A DNA stretch of 64,000 nucleotides, taken from NCBI RefSeq assembly GCF_009914755.1, contig NC_060935.1; one strand, written 5' to 3'. This DNA comes from the human T2T-CHM13v2.0 reference genome, Homo sapiens. Of this stretch, positions 14,731 to 28,917 are shown piece after piece. The translations under genes were made by a program, and so were the position numbers. The notes under the pieces are model-generated. The model was not told the DNA's origin and did not search any database. It saw nothing but the letters and a program-made list of their open reading frames with translations. Within the stretch, counting starts at the first letter, position 1; the number at the start of each line of letters is the position of its first letter.

Positions 14731-15292
14731 ATATCTTTGCTGTATCAGTGTTGATGAGGACTTCAAGGTTCAGAATGAATAGCAGCTAGATGGTAAGATA
14801 TCACAAATGAAAGCACAATATATTTACCTCATCAAGATACATAGGGTTCACCTTTTCTACTCTCTGGAAGCAGAGTCAAAGTCAGACAGGAACTCCTGGG
14901 ACTTTCAGAAGCCCCCTGTATCATTCTTTCCCTGGTAACTCTGGGGATACTGGGCCTCAACAGCTTCTGATCCCCACTCCTGGAGACAGGAAGAGAGACA
15001 CAATTGCCAAGGCAACTAGTGGACCAAGAAACACATATTGAAAACATGCCAGGTCCTGATTGCTGGGTTACCAGGGATCCTGCATTAATTAATGGCCAAA
15101 ACCCCAGAATGTGTTTCTGCAATAACTGGCCTACACGTTAATAATCTTCATTGTGAGTCCAGGTGCACTTTCAACTGCATTCCCACTTATTGTCTTTATT
15201 GTGCCCCAATGTGGAACTCTTCCAATCTTGTTTAACATTCACTCCAACCCTACGCAAAATTCAAGGTATATAGCTGTGTCATTTTGGGAATA

Positions 15293-15372
15293 GGAAAGAG
15301 GGAGGAGGAAGAGGAAAAGAAGAGTAAGAGAAGGAGAAGAATAAAGGAGCAGGAGGAAGAAAGGAAGCAAAA
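15293..15372. repeat. GA-rich low-complexity tract
   Basis: GAGGAGGAAGAGGAAAAGAAGAG... Confidence 0.8.
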
Positions 15373-17796
15373 GGACATCATTTCATTGGGTTTCATTTCA
15401 CTGATCTGTTAAAGGAGGGTATTAGACCAGGTATGTTATTCTTAATGTTTCTGGATGTTAGAACCTATGAGAATCTGAGAAAAGCTATGAACTATCTTTA
15501 ATACACATAGCATATTTTGCACAGAGTTCCAAAAAGTTCACGGACTTCAGGTTAAAGATCTTTAGACTAGATCTCTATGGCTTCTTCCAAATCTGTGGGA
15601 ACAAACCCACCATAAGTTGAAATCGAGCCTCTTTTATTGCTATCAAATTTCTGATTCAAAGGGGGTGGTGGAAAAATAATAATATTGATAGTTTGGTTGT
15701 TTGCTTAGCAACCTGCAGGTGAGAAACCAAATGAATGTCAAGTACTATTAAGGATACAATCATTATTCCAAATATTTTAATATGCCACAGGTAAGCCTCA
15801 AGTCAAACAGTAACACTCCACAGAGCAGAAGTCTGACAACATGTTAAGCAGCTGCTGCAGTTCTTGGCCTGACTCCTCCTCCTCCCTACCCCAGGCCCCA
15901 CCCTGGACAGCAAACTTTCAAATAAATTGCCAGGAGGTCCTTTGTTCTAAAGAAAAAGGCTGAATGGTGAGATGAAATGGACATTGAATTTTTATTTTTC
16001 TTTTTTCCTATTCTAATCTTTTATAGTCTGAATGATAATCACAGAGGAAGTTCCCTTGGCAATGTTGCATTTCCATGGTGATGGGAGAGGTCAAGGTTAG
16101 CAAACCAGGGTTCTGGGAACCTTCTGCTGCAGGCTGGATGTGAGGGAAGGGCTAGCAGTCAAAGTGTCAACAGGGGACCCACTTTCACAGTCTCTTCTTT
16201 AGAGTGGACCACAGAGCCTAACTTGTCCATTTCTGAATGGACAAACCAGTGATGTCTTGAATGTAATAATAGCTCCATCGCTTCCCCCTATGCAGAAACT
16301 TGCTGTGCCCTTCCTCTCAAAGGCCAGGAACGGATGCCTCTTACTAACAACAATCCGTGGATTGTTGAAATATGTATGTGCTCTTTGTATCGGCACCAGA
16401 AGCTCAGAGATGCCAAGTTTTAGAAACCAAATCTACTTTAGAAAAGCAATTTGATCTTTGAGAACAAGGGATCCGAAATAAGCTGTGACCGTGTCAGCGC
16501 AAGCAAAAAGATGAATTAATTAAAAGTGGAATAGGAAGCATACAGTTTAAATTAAATATCGAATGACCTAAATAATTCCCCTTAAAACCCAATTCAGTTA
16601 TTTTGCCTGAAACTGCATGTCCTGATTTTACTCTTTTGGATTCTCTTCTTATGCTTTTATGTGGGTATATAATGTTATGAAACTTGTACAGTTTGTTCAG
16701 ACCAGAACTACAGAGGAAGACATGATGGAACCAAGGTAAGCCCTAATAGACCAACGATATTTAAAGTAATTGATTGAAGATCTGTGATTTCTTTGAGAGG
16801 AGGAAAAGGTAGGAGAGACACAGAGGTTCTTAGGATCCTAGAGATGGAATGAAATAGAATTTTGTGTATTACAGAGCTGTGGTGAAGCCGATTCAGAAAT
16901 GGGGCAGCTCTTCCCATTTTAAGTCATATTACTGGATGCTTCCAGTTCTGCTACCAAGAAGACTTAAGGATTCCTTACACACATTGTCTGCCTAGACCAT
17001 CTATGTGCTAAAGTCTCTCAAATCTCAGTCCAGAGCTCCAGGTCCATATGTCCAATGTTTGAATGCCCATCAGACATCCTAAACTTAGTAAAAACAAAAC
17101 TGAACTCCTTCTCTTCATCCCTTCATCTGCTCCTCCTCTCTACCCCAATGCTCTATCTCAGTAAACAGTTATTAAATACCAGATCAGCCACAAATACAGG
17201 ACTCATTCTTGCCTTCTTTTTAACCTTCATTCTAAACAACAAAGTCTTGTCTATTGTCTCTTGTTAATACTGCTCAAATCCATTCCCTCTTTTCTGTCTC
17301 CATTTCCATTGGCCTTACTCAGGCTTCCATCATCACTCCTGAGGATTATAACACCCTCCTGTACTGAGCTTCCTGCCTGCAACTTACACACATCCACCCA
17401 TTCATTCTCCAATCTACGTTCAGAGGGATCTTTCTGAGATGCAAATATCATCATGGTCATTCCTTTGCTTAAAAGCAGCCAATGCTTTGCCCCTGCTCTA
17501 AGGATAAATCCCAAATTCTGTTATGAGTATTACCAGACTTGGTAGATCTAGTCCCTGCCTGCCTCTCCAGCTTCATCTGTGCATACTCTGCCTTTCCACC
17601 TGCTCCTTCCCCATCCTCCACATACACACAGTATATATATGAATTCCTGGGATGAGATGCTTGGTTTCCTGAACTCACAGGCTTTCTCTTTACTCTGAGT
17701 TTTCGCATAGAGCTCTGCTCGTACTCTCACCCACCCTCCTTCTCTGTGGTTACTCATTTTGCTGGTCTAGGTTCTGCTTATGTTTATGACATCTAA

Positions 17797-18268
<472 letters not shown>

Positions 18269-18407
18269 TTTTTGTACTTTTATTTTAGATGTAAGCCCCA
18301 TGCGGGCTGAGACTGTGTTTACATTGTTCACCAGTATACCCACAGTGCCCTGCACAATGCTCAAAAATGTTTATAGAATGTTCTTGAAAAATCCCGGTCA
18401 ATAATTA

Positions 18408-18745
<338 letters not shown>

Positions 18746-19319
18746 GTATCTGTAGAAGACTAAAATATAGATTATGTAACCTCTGAGCTCTTCATGCTTT
18801 TTTATGAGATGTAAATTTTCACGAAGAACTAACAAAGTCTTGGATACTTTACAATACGTTTTGACTGTGGTTAATGTTTTTCTTCCTCTCTTACATTCTA
18901 CAACTGTAACTTGCATTCACCTTCCATAGATTCCCACAAGAATCATATTGGAAGAATATTTTGGCAATCTGCTTTTTCTAAGAAAATTCCTGTGGATAAT
19001 GATTTGGCTCACATAGGAACTAAGAAACTAGCCCTTCCAAAAAAATGGGTGGAGTGCATTTTCCCAACATTTTTAACATTTTTTTCAAGACAGGGAATAA
19101 TATGGATGGAAGAGAAGATCGAAGATTATCTCATTTGGAAATAACATATAGAGAAAGAGAAGTTTGCCAACTGTCTGAATATTTTCACCATGATGTCTTG
19201 GGCCAGTTGGTAATCTCTGTAATTTCTAACAAATGTAAAATGTTTTTGTGTAATTACAGTGTTTAAGAGGGTCTTTTGCAGTTGTCTGACCCTTTCTGAG
19301 AATTCCAATCAGAACAACC

Positions 19320-19670
19320 ATCTGCTGCCAGTTAGTTTTCTAAAATCCAGCACTGATTATAACACCTTGGCTCACAAAACCCTTTGTTGGCTACTACAGT
19401 GGCTACAGAAAGAAAACCCAACATCATTTGCTTGGCTTGCATGACCCTATATTACAGGACCCCACCTCCCTTTGGGAGTTCATCTTTCCCAGGTCCCTCC
19501 ATATATTTTACATTCTAGTCACACTGTATAACTTACCATTCTCTAAACACATCTTGTCCTTTCAAGCATCTATATTTTTCCCTATCTCTGCCATGTACCT
19601 GAATTTCCTTCTTCCTTAACCATCTTTGCCTAATGCAACATTACTTATTCTTCAACACTCAGTATTCCAG
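19320..19670 (+). mobile_element. L2 fragment
   Basis: Pyrimidine-rich L2-like 3' region. Confidence 0.5.
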
Positions 19671-21020
19671 TATCTTTAGTGCTGGAAAAGCTAATGGGGA
19701 CTCTAAGCTAGTGCAGCCCTCTAAGTGTTAGTCCAAGGCAGTTGAACTTTATCTCAAAGCAACAGATTCTGAGTAGACAGATGGTACATGAAAAGCAGTG
19801 TTCAGTGAACAAGTTAAAATAAACTAAGAGTCCCAAGGACCAGGAAATGTTGATATTCATATACTAGCCAATTATAAGGAAAAGTCATCAGCTCCAGGTT
19901 TCCTGGAGGATACCAGATATTCCCATTTTTTCCTCCTATCTGATATTTACACTCTTAACATGGTGTTCTGCTTGCCACACTGCTGGCCAGTTGTAAACTT
20001 CTGTTGGACACAGCAATCCAGACAAACAGATAGAAGTGCTTCTTACATCATCAGGCCCTTCTTGTGTCAGCTTTGATTTCTCAGGTTGCCACATTCATGA
20101 CATCTGCCAAGATTTCCTAATCAGCCATCTGCAAACCAGCTTCATGCTGAAAATGAAAATCCAAATGAAAGCAGGCTTACTCAACACCTCAGTGATTTAA
20201 GAAAATCAGGCAATCTTTCTAGTCCATCTGTGTTATCTTTACTTGTAGTTTTTGTAAATGGAAGAATAGGAGGGTTGAAAGATAAAAATAAAATCACTTG
20301 GAAAAATTAGCTTAAACTTGAAAATCACTTGTTCTTGCAGTCATTGCATTATTCTGTGATAAATAAAAGCCAGTAATTTCCAATTGACAACATAATCGAA
20401 AACTATTTAATACAATAACAAGGATGTTAAATGAGTGCATATGCATTAGATACAAAAAGATCTGATGTTCTATAAAAGAAAAATGAAAACTTTTCAATTA
20501 AGAGAACTGCTTTCAAGAGATCCAAATTGTTTTAGAGTTCAAGTAAACATCTCTGGAAAGAAAATCAGCTTAAATGGATGTATTTTACTCATGCCATGTG
20601 ATTTGTAATTACTTCAGAATTTCCAGTTGCTCTTCCCGGCTTGTCTTCTCTTTTCACATATCAAAGTTATCTGTCATAACTCAACAGAGAAGGGAAACGA
20701 TGCCTTGCCTTCTCATGCAAGAGCTAGGAACTTTTTCTTGTCTCTTTGCTTCAATTACCCACCTAGGGAAAAGTTATCTTACTTCTTTGTAGGCATCATT
20801 GGGCTGTTAAATACAACACTTTTTAAAAAGTTAAGAAAAAAATGCAACGCTTAAATTTAGTTTAACGGTTTACAGTTTCTGACTTCCCCACTCCCCCTCC
20901 CAGCCAAATAGTGGGTTGTTTAATAGAATCTCGTTGGAGTTTCTGTAAACAGGTTTGCACTTGTGGCTCTTGCATGGGAAGGCTTTCTGGGATTGTGATA
21001 TTTAAAAATGGTTTACAAAT

Positions 21021-21322
<302 letters not shown>

Positions 21323-22449
21323 TTATAAATTAAACAGTATGTCACCACCCTTCCCTAGCCTCTCAAAGATTAGCAGATGTGCCTGCACATATATTTTTTC
21401 TTTGTGGGGTGGGGGGTGGGCGGAGTTTTTGTTTTTAAATATTAGAATTTAATATGAATTTTGTTATTGCAAACCACCTCAACTCCTTGTGGGAAATAGT
21501 AGGGTTATACATTATCAATAAGTCATATGTGCACATTGGGATGTTGGAAAATAGTAGCATCTCACTCAATGACCTCCAAGGAAGTTTCCAAATGGAGTCT
21601 GTAGCTCTCTCCCAGGAGGCTTATTTGAGAGCCGGAGTGGTTGCAGGTGGATGCCACATGATTTCCTGCTTCTTGGTTTCTGGCCCTGATAGGGCTTTGC
21701 TGGAGACCTCCATTGGTTAAAAACTAACTTCCTGTAAGCATTTAAAGGAGCTTTCAATACATTAACATCCACCAATTGAAGTGAGAAGGTGAGAGAGAAG
21801 GAGATCGGAACAGAAAGAAGGCTTCCCTTTGAGAACTTGGTTTGACAGTTGGCAGGGAGTTCTCTGCTACAGAGGGTCACAACCCTAAGCTCTGCTTTGT
21901 GTTAGGGAGTCATGGCCAAGGTTTGTTAAAACAAAGCCACACACCACATCCTAGTGCCAAACGGGCAGGAGCTCTGGCCTGTTGCAAATGAAATCATTAG
22001 GAATTCCTTTGGAGTAAGAGTTACAGCCCTAGAGCTCTCTGTTGCTAAGCAAATGCAGATGTCTAATTGTGCACGTTGTTGTCTCCCTGAGACACAGCTT
22101 GGAGCATGTCACTTCCCTTTTCAAAATCCTTTAAGGCTACCACCCTCCTTGAACAAAGTCCAACATCTTCAATATCCCTTTCAAAGCTCTCCCCATTCTT
22201 CTCTATGCACTTTTTCTATCTCAAGCCACAATATTCCAAGTGTGCCAGGTATCCTATTAGCTGCAGGCCTTTGCGCAAGCAGTGACCTCTGCCTGGAATG
22301 CACTTCCCACCCCCAGATGTCCTCCAGTTCAAGATCCACTTTTCCCTCAAGGTCTAGCTCAGTGCCAGGCTTTCCCTCTCAGAATTAGTCTTCTCTTCTC
22401 ACTCTGTTTCCACTCTATTCTAGCTTGCCTAATATCATCATTTTCAGGG

Positions 22450-22685
22450 ACAATTAAAAGTTCAGATGCTTACATCAAAGACACCTGGGTTCTTCTCCCA
22501 GCTCTGCAGCTTGCTAAGTGTGATGCTGAGCAAGATGCTAATCTTCCCTAAACCTCCACTTTCTCCTCTGATAAACAGGAATTATTCTAAAATATGGTAG
22601 TTGTGAGGATTACATCAGAAAATATCAGAAGGAAAGCATTTCCAATCACTCCTGGCACCACAGACAAGTTTGCTATTATTATTTG
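22450..22685 (+). mobile_element. MIR
   Basis: ACCTGGGTTC...CCCAGCTCTGC...GTTGTGAGGATTA. Confidence 0.65.
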
Positions 22686-23138
22686 TTTCTCTTGATAGGT
22701 TGTGCTGATTTGGGGCCATAGCTTATTTGACAGGTATTCCCAAAAGCACTGTGATTCCCACCTGGTATGTGCTAAGTGACTTTTTCTTGAATTAAGATAT
22801 TTGTTGAGTAGATTCACAGTATGAAGCCAGGAAAATCACACCAAACAATGCAAATGAGTGAGCTCTCTGTGCCAGACTCCTTCAACAGTTGATTTGGTTC
22901 GAGCCCACTGTCAAGGCCTCCAGGCAGATTTCCTGAGGGAGCCACACTCTGCTTCTAATCCTGCTGCCTGGAGAGTAGACAAACACCAGCATGCCTCCTG
23001 GAATTATCCACACCTTCCCTATCACAACTAAGAAAAATGATAGAATTAACAAATCCCAAATAGCCCCCCTAAAGATAACTGTACTATTTTTTTCTCTAAA
23101 ACTAAGTAAGAAAAAAACTGCAAAGAGATGATCTAGAG

Positions 23139-24300
23139 CAGTGGGTCTCAAACTTTTGGTCTCACGATCCCTTTATATTTTAAAAAATTATTGAGGACCT
23201 CAAAGAGCTGTACTTATGTGGGTTCTATCTAGCTATAGTTCATCGTATTAGAAACTGAAACAATATTTTAAAATATTTATTTTAAGGAGAGCAATAAACA
23301 TATGCTAACATACATATTTTATGAACAATAACTACATTTTTGAAAACAAACCAAACAGTGAGAAGATTAGCATGTGTGTGTGTGTATGTGTGTGTGTGCA
23401 AATCTCTTTAATGTCTGGTTTTATAGAAGACAGGTGGATTTGTATTTCTGGTTTTGCATCGAATTGGTTGTGATCTGTTGTTTTGGTTAATGTATACGAA
23501 GAAAATTGACTTTATACAAATAAGTCATTAGAAAAAGAAGGACTCAACAAGGACAGCTTTTAGAGGTTAGTTGCCATGTAGAATCTGAAATATATTAATG
23601 AAACTTTGCACTGTTATATTTAAATCCATTGGCCAATCTTGCATTTGTGATGGATCTTTTACCATGAATGATGTTTTTACATTATGCATTGATCTCTTGG
23701 AAAATATTGGTTCATTGAGTTATACAGACCCTTAAAATAATACATTGTATTATTCAATATATAAAGCACCATTTTTCAGTATTACCAACAACCTCCTCAG
23801 AAAAGTCTCTAAATATTGGGAAGCTCTCAAGCTCAAAGCGGAAAATACAAGTTTCTAATTTTTTTCTTGAAAGCTCAATATTTTGCCATTGGCAATGGTT
23901 ATCAATTGTTTTCCCTGAAATGACTGGCTCACGTGGTTCATTTTGAGCAAACAGCAAACACCAAACACCCAAGTCTGAAAAATCATGGTTTGTCTATCAG
24001 TAATTTTTCCCAATAAAACTTATGTTTCATGAACAGAAGCCAGTTCAGCTCACTATGAAAGAACCAATCACACAGTGATTTACCTTGCAAGATCTAGTAT
24101 ATGCCAGTGTGCATACAATACTTTATGTATACATCCCATTTCACCATGCAGAATAGTAAAAAGATACATAATCGAGAGTTGAGATTTAATAAAATGAATA
24201 ATTTTTACTGCTTCATCAAGGTCCTTTTAAGCCAAACTGGCATTTTCTTTTTACTTCAAGTACATGGCAGTGAAGAACATGTCTCTAGCACATAGCTGAC
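23139..24300. mobile_element. Charlie1 (hAT) DNA transposon derivative, Charlie1a-like
   Basis: Terminus CAGTGGGTCTCAAACTTTTGGTCTCACGATCCCTTTA...TATTGAGGACCTCAAAGAGC; internal AATATTGGGAAGCTCTCAAGCTCA; opposite TIR not found. Confidence 0.85.
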
Positions 24301-25808
24301 AGTGTTCAGCAGAGATGACAGGCCGAAACTAAGGAAGGAAGTCAAAATTGAAAAGATATTCTAAAAGAATATAGATCAAGAGAAATTTCTTCCTCCTACA
24401 ATGGGCCTAGCACAGGTCTTTTTGTCCCTTTTCTTTGAGTTTTGTCCTAAGAGAACATGTCCTGTCCTTTTAGGACAGGATAAGGACAAGAGTGATACTT
24501 TCAGCTGTGACTTACAGAGTACAGCTGCAGGGCCTATGCCATCTGATATTTCTCTTCAAATTTGGTCACTTTAGAAAGGGACAAAAGCTGGGAACCAGGA
24601 GGCAAACTTAATCCTGAAACAAGATCATTAAAACTTTTAAATAGATTCCAGAAGCCTGGGTCTGTCAGCTCTGATGCTTCTTTCCAATCAAAATATTGAA
24701 AACAACTTTATTACAATGTTTGATTTACCGATCCAATTAATAAAATCTCTTCTTGCCTCCTTATGAATTTGTTATTTGCAACATGTGTTTTATGAAGTAA
24801 CACTGGACTTCTTCAAGCCACTGATAAATCCAATGATCTTGTAAAAGGACTGAGCACAGCATGAAATCAAAGGTCACTCTCTGTTCAAAAAGAGCAACGA
24901 TCCCCAGATAATGGCTTTTTCGAGCAAATTTTTTTTAGCCTTTGCCTTTGGAACTCACCATTGAAGTCATGGGACTCTGGTTCATGGTCTCACCATTGCA
25001 CTGGAAAAGTCGATGAACCATATTATCTAAAGTATTGCAGAAAGGTAACTTGCTCCTAGTGGGTTAGGATTGGGCAGACTCCAAAGTTGTGCTCTTGAAA
25101 CGTTGAAAAGACTCTTGGAGAAATCATATACAAATGAAATGATGAATGGGAAATCTAAATGAATCTGTCCTGACCCAAATTTCATCCTGAACATACAGAA
25201 TGTATCTATTCTAGAGAAGCTTAGGTCATCAGATGTAATCATGTTATTCCAAGTTAAAAAGAGATGAGTAAATGACTAGTAGGCAGAGTACATTTTCTTC
25301 TCTTCATTCAGGTCAAATAATAGTTCCAGTATCTTTACCCTTGAGCAACAAAAGAAGTCCTGAGTCTATCCTTTTATACTGGAAATATCGTTGAATAAGG
25401 AGACAGAGGGCATGAGTTATTTTCTTGGCTTTTAACATTACTAGGTGTGACCTAGGCCAAGTTGCTCTGTCCTTCAGAGTGAAATGATCATCAGATTGTT
25501 CAGTTCCCCTAATTAACACATATAGCCCTCCAGTCTCATTCTCATACCTCAGAGAATCAGAGTTCACCCAAGTAAAATGGATTGTCCTTAAGATCTAGGT
25601 AAAAAAACAAACAAACAAAAAATGCCTTTAACAGGCGGCACACCTACCCTGCTTCCAATTTCCAAGCCTGTGGAAATCCAGAGTCTTTGTGAATTCTTGA
25701 GGGACTCAGGTTCTCCTGGTACCCTTACCTTCCAGGCAGTTTGTTCTCTCACATGCTAGTACTGCCCCTCACCTTACCAGCTGATGGGAATTTCATCCCC
25801 ACCTTTGC

Positions 25809-25811
<3 letters not shown>

Positions 25812-25845
<34 letters not shown>
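25812..25845. repeat. (CA)n microsatellite
   Basis: About 17 CA units. Confidence 0.97.
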
Positions 25846-25847
<2 letters not shown>

Positions 25848-26164
25848 CACACATATTTGTAATTTTCATAAAGTTTAGTGAAGATAATGAAAGTGCCAGG
25901 GCCAGGTCAGGGCCCAGAGATTGCAGACATTTTTTGGGCTCCTCTCTTAAAGAGACCTGGGTTAGAATTCTGGTCTATCATTTAGTTGCTTGATCTTAGG
26001 CAATTTGCTTAATCTCAAAGAGTACTCATGTCTAACTCAAAAGACATTACCTCTATTGTAGGATTGCTGTAAGAATAAATGAAATAATGCAACTCAAGTT
26101 TCTAAAAAATTTCCAGCCTTCCAAGGTCACCCTCTAAAAATAGATATAAATAAAAATAATATTG

Positions 26165-27936
26165 GAAGGTTCACATCTGAGAATATGAAGTACATTAAAT
26201 ATTCCTCCTACTAAGTACAACTAAAACCCCTGGGCATTATGCATAAAACAAACATAATAAGACTTTTAAAGATTGAGTGGGGAGCCTAGACTTCCACCCT
26301 TGCAAGGCTGTAATGAGCCACACCATTACCCTTTCCAGGATGATAATCAGAAAAGGCCGGGAAAAGAACCAAGACTTTCACCATTACTCAACAAGGAGGC
26401 CACTCAAATTGCAGTGGTGGTGAAGACCACCTGGGAGCTGGAACTCCCAACCCCCACCAGCAGTAATGAAATGATATCTCCCCTCCTCTGCTAGAGCAGT
26501 ACCAGAAAATATCAGCTAAAACATGTTTAAATAACATCCAGAGTCTCATGTCATAATATGAAAATGTCTAGGTTTCAACAAAAAAATCATTCATCATGCC
26601 AAGAATCAAGAATATCTCAAACTAATGAGGAAAATGAATCAATAAATGCCAACAGATTGGCAGGGATGTCAGAATTACCTTACAAAGATATTAAAGAAGA
26701 TATTATAAAATGGTTCTAAAAGCAATTATAAACGCGCTTGGAATAGAGGAAGAAAAAAAGTAGAAAGCCTCAGCAAGTACATAGAAAGTCTTATCAAAGA
26801 AATAGAAGATGTAAAGAGGACCCAGGTGAAAATTTTAAAATTGAAACAAACTGCAATGGAAGCAAAAAGCTCAGTGGATGGGCTCAACACTATAATAAAT
26901 GAGACATAGGAAAGAATTCATGAACTGTATGATAGAACAATAAAAATTATCTAATCTGAACAATAGGAAGAAAACAGTCTGAAAAAAGTGAATGAAGCCT
27001 CAGAGACCCATGGGACTATAACAAAAGCTCTGACACTCATGTCAGTGGAGTTCCAGAGAGGGAGGAGAAAGAGAGTGTGTCTAAAAAGGACTCCAAGAAA
27101 TAACTGCAGAAATTTCTCAAATTTGGCAAGACACATAAATGTACAGATTTGAGAAGCTGAGCAAACTCCAAACAGGGTAAACCTAAATAAATCAATGCCT
27201 AGACACATCATAATTAAACTTTTGAAAACTAAAAAAGAAGTCTCAAAAACAGCCAATGAAAAAACAAAAACCTTACCTACACAGGAAAAATAATTCAAAT
27301 GTCAGTGGATTTCTCATTAGAAACCATGGAGACCAGAAGTAAATGGCACCATATTTTTCAAGTGGTGAAGGAAAAAAAAAGCAATTGTGAAACCTCTACT
27401 TAGTCTCACACTTTACAAAAAACATTACTCAAAATGGATCCCAAACTTAAATTCAAAATGTAAAACTATAAAGCTTTTAGAAAAGGCAGGATAAAATCTT
27501 GAAGGTTTAAGGCTAGGCAAAGATTTCCTAGATTTGACTCCAAAAGCATGACCCATAAAGGAAAAATACATAAGTTAGAGTTCATCAAAAGTAAAATATT
27601 TGCTCCGCAAAAGAACCTGTTAAGAGTATGTAAAGACAATATAGAATGGGAGAAAACATTTGCAAACCGCATATCTAACAAAGGACTTGTATCTAGGATA
27701 TATAAATAATTCTCAAAACTAAACAATGAAAAAATCCAGTTGGATAATGGGCAAACGATATTTCAGTGAAGAATATTTGCCAATGAAAATGGCAAATAAG
27801 CACGTGAAAAGATTTTCAACGTCATTAGCCATCAGGAAAATGCAAATTAAAACCACAATCACTGCACACAACCACACAATCTCTGCACACCAGAAGAATG
27901 GCTGAAATATATATATACATATATGGCCATTCTTCA

Positions 27937-27973
<37 letters not shown>

Positions 27974-28005
27974 CAGCCATTCTTCTGTGTGTGTGTGTGT
28001 GTGTG

Positions 28006-28061
<56 letters not shown>

Positions 28062-28610
28062 ACACCAAATCTGGAGGAAATACAAATAAACTAGATTACT
28101 CATAGGTTGCTACTGGGAATTTAAATGGTATAGACATTCTGGAAAACAGTCTCATGATTTCTTTAAAAACTAAACATGCAACTACTACACAACCCAGTAA
28201 TTTGCACTCCTGGGAATTTATCCCAGAGATATAAAGATTTATGTGCACAAAACCTTGTGAATAAATGTTTGAAGCAGGTTTATTTGTAACACCCCAAAAC
28301 TGGAAACAACCCAGATGTCCTTCAATGAGTGAACAGTTGAACAAATTGTGGTACGTCCATGCCATGGAACACTATTCCGCAACAAAAATGAATTATTGAT
28401 ACAACACAATGACCTGGATGAATCTCTAGAGAATTACGTTGAGTGAAAAAAGCCAATTTCAAAGACTATATATAGTATGATCCTATGTATATACCATTCT
28501 TGAAATGACAAAATTATAGTAGTGGTGAACAAATTAGTGATTACCAGGGGTTAAGGAGAGGACGGAGGCAGCAGGAGGGAAGTGAATGTGACTATAAAGG
28601 AACAGATAGC
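26165..28610 (+). mobile_element. L1MD/L1MC-type LINE-1: 5' UTR + ORF1 joined to late ORF2 + 3' UTR (internal deletion near 27388)
   Basis: ORF1-like CAGATTTGAGAAGCTGAGCAAACTCCAAACAGG and GATTTCTCATTAGAAACCATGGAGACCAGAAG, then late ORF2 CTCAAAATGGATC; 3' UTR CCTGGATGAATCTC...GAAATGACAAAATTATAG. Confidence 0.85.
27891..28060. repeat. Compound (TA)n/(TG)n microsatellite containing a 27-bp perfect inverted repeat
   Basis: CAGAAGAATGGCTGAAATATATATATA (27891-27917) and its reverse complement (27961-27987). Confidence 0.95.
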
Positions 28611-28659
28611 TTGATGGTTTATGTATGCTGGCAGGGAGGAGTTTTCCTGGGAGATAAAA

Positions 28660-28915
28660 ATGCATTTGCTTTTACCTTAGGTAAATCCATGCAGTCTTTT
28701 ATGATTTCTGCCTTTAGAGTTCTTAGAAAAATATATAGCACACACTGAGATTATATAGTAAAAGCCACCTTCTATTTTCTTCTATCACTTTTATGGTTTT
28801 GTTTTTCACTTTTAACTCAATCTCTTCATACACTGGGGATGGTAGATATGATGGGAGGTAGGATTCTGTTTGATTTTTTTTTTTCAAATGTAGACTTAGC
28901 TCTTCTAATACTCTT
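28660..28915 (-). mobile_element. Old L1 late-ORF2 fragment
   Basis: Reverse strand reads AAAAACAAAACCATAAAAGTGATAGAAGAAAATAG, L1-like. Confidence 0.6.
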
Positions 28916-28917
28916 GA

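Noticed and set aside
15719-15796. CAG...CAG|GTAAGC exon-like segment
   Set aside because: Stops in all three frames and a poor polypyrimidine tract; no support as a coding exon
18900-19270. Overlapping short ORFs that might be a processed pseudogene
   Set aside because: No recognisable homology, poly(A) or TSD
21404-21423. G-rich tract as a G-quadruplex
   Set aside because: Only three separable runs of >=3 G
27719-28105. ORFs with [14 protein letters not shown] runs
   Set aside because: Translation of dinucleotide microsatellites
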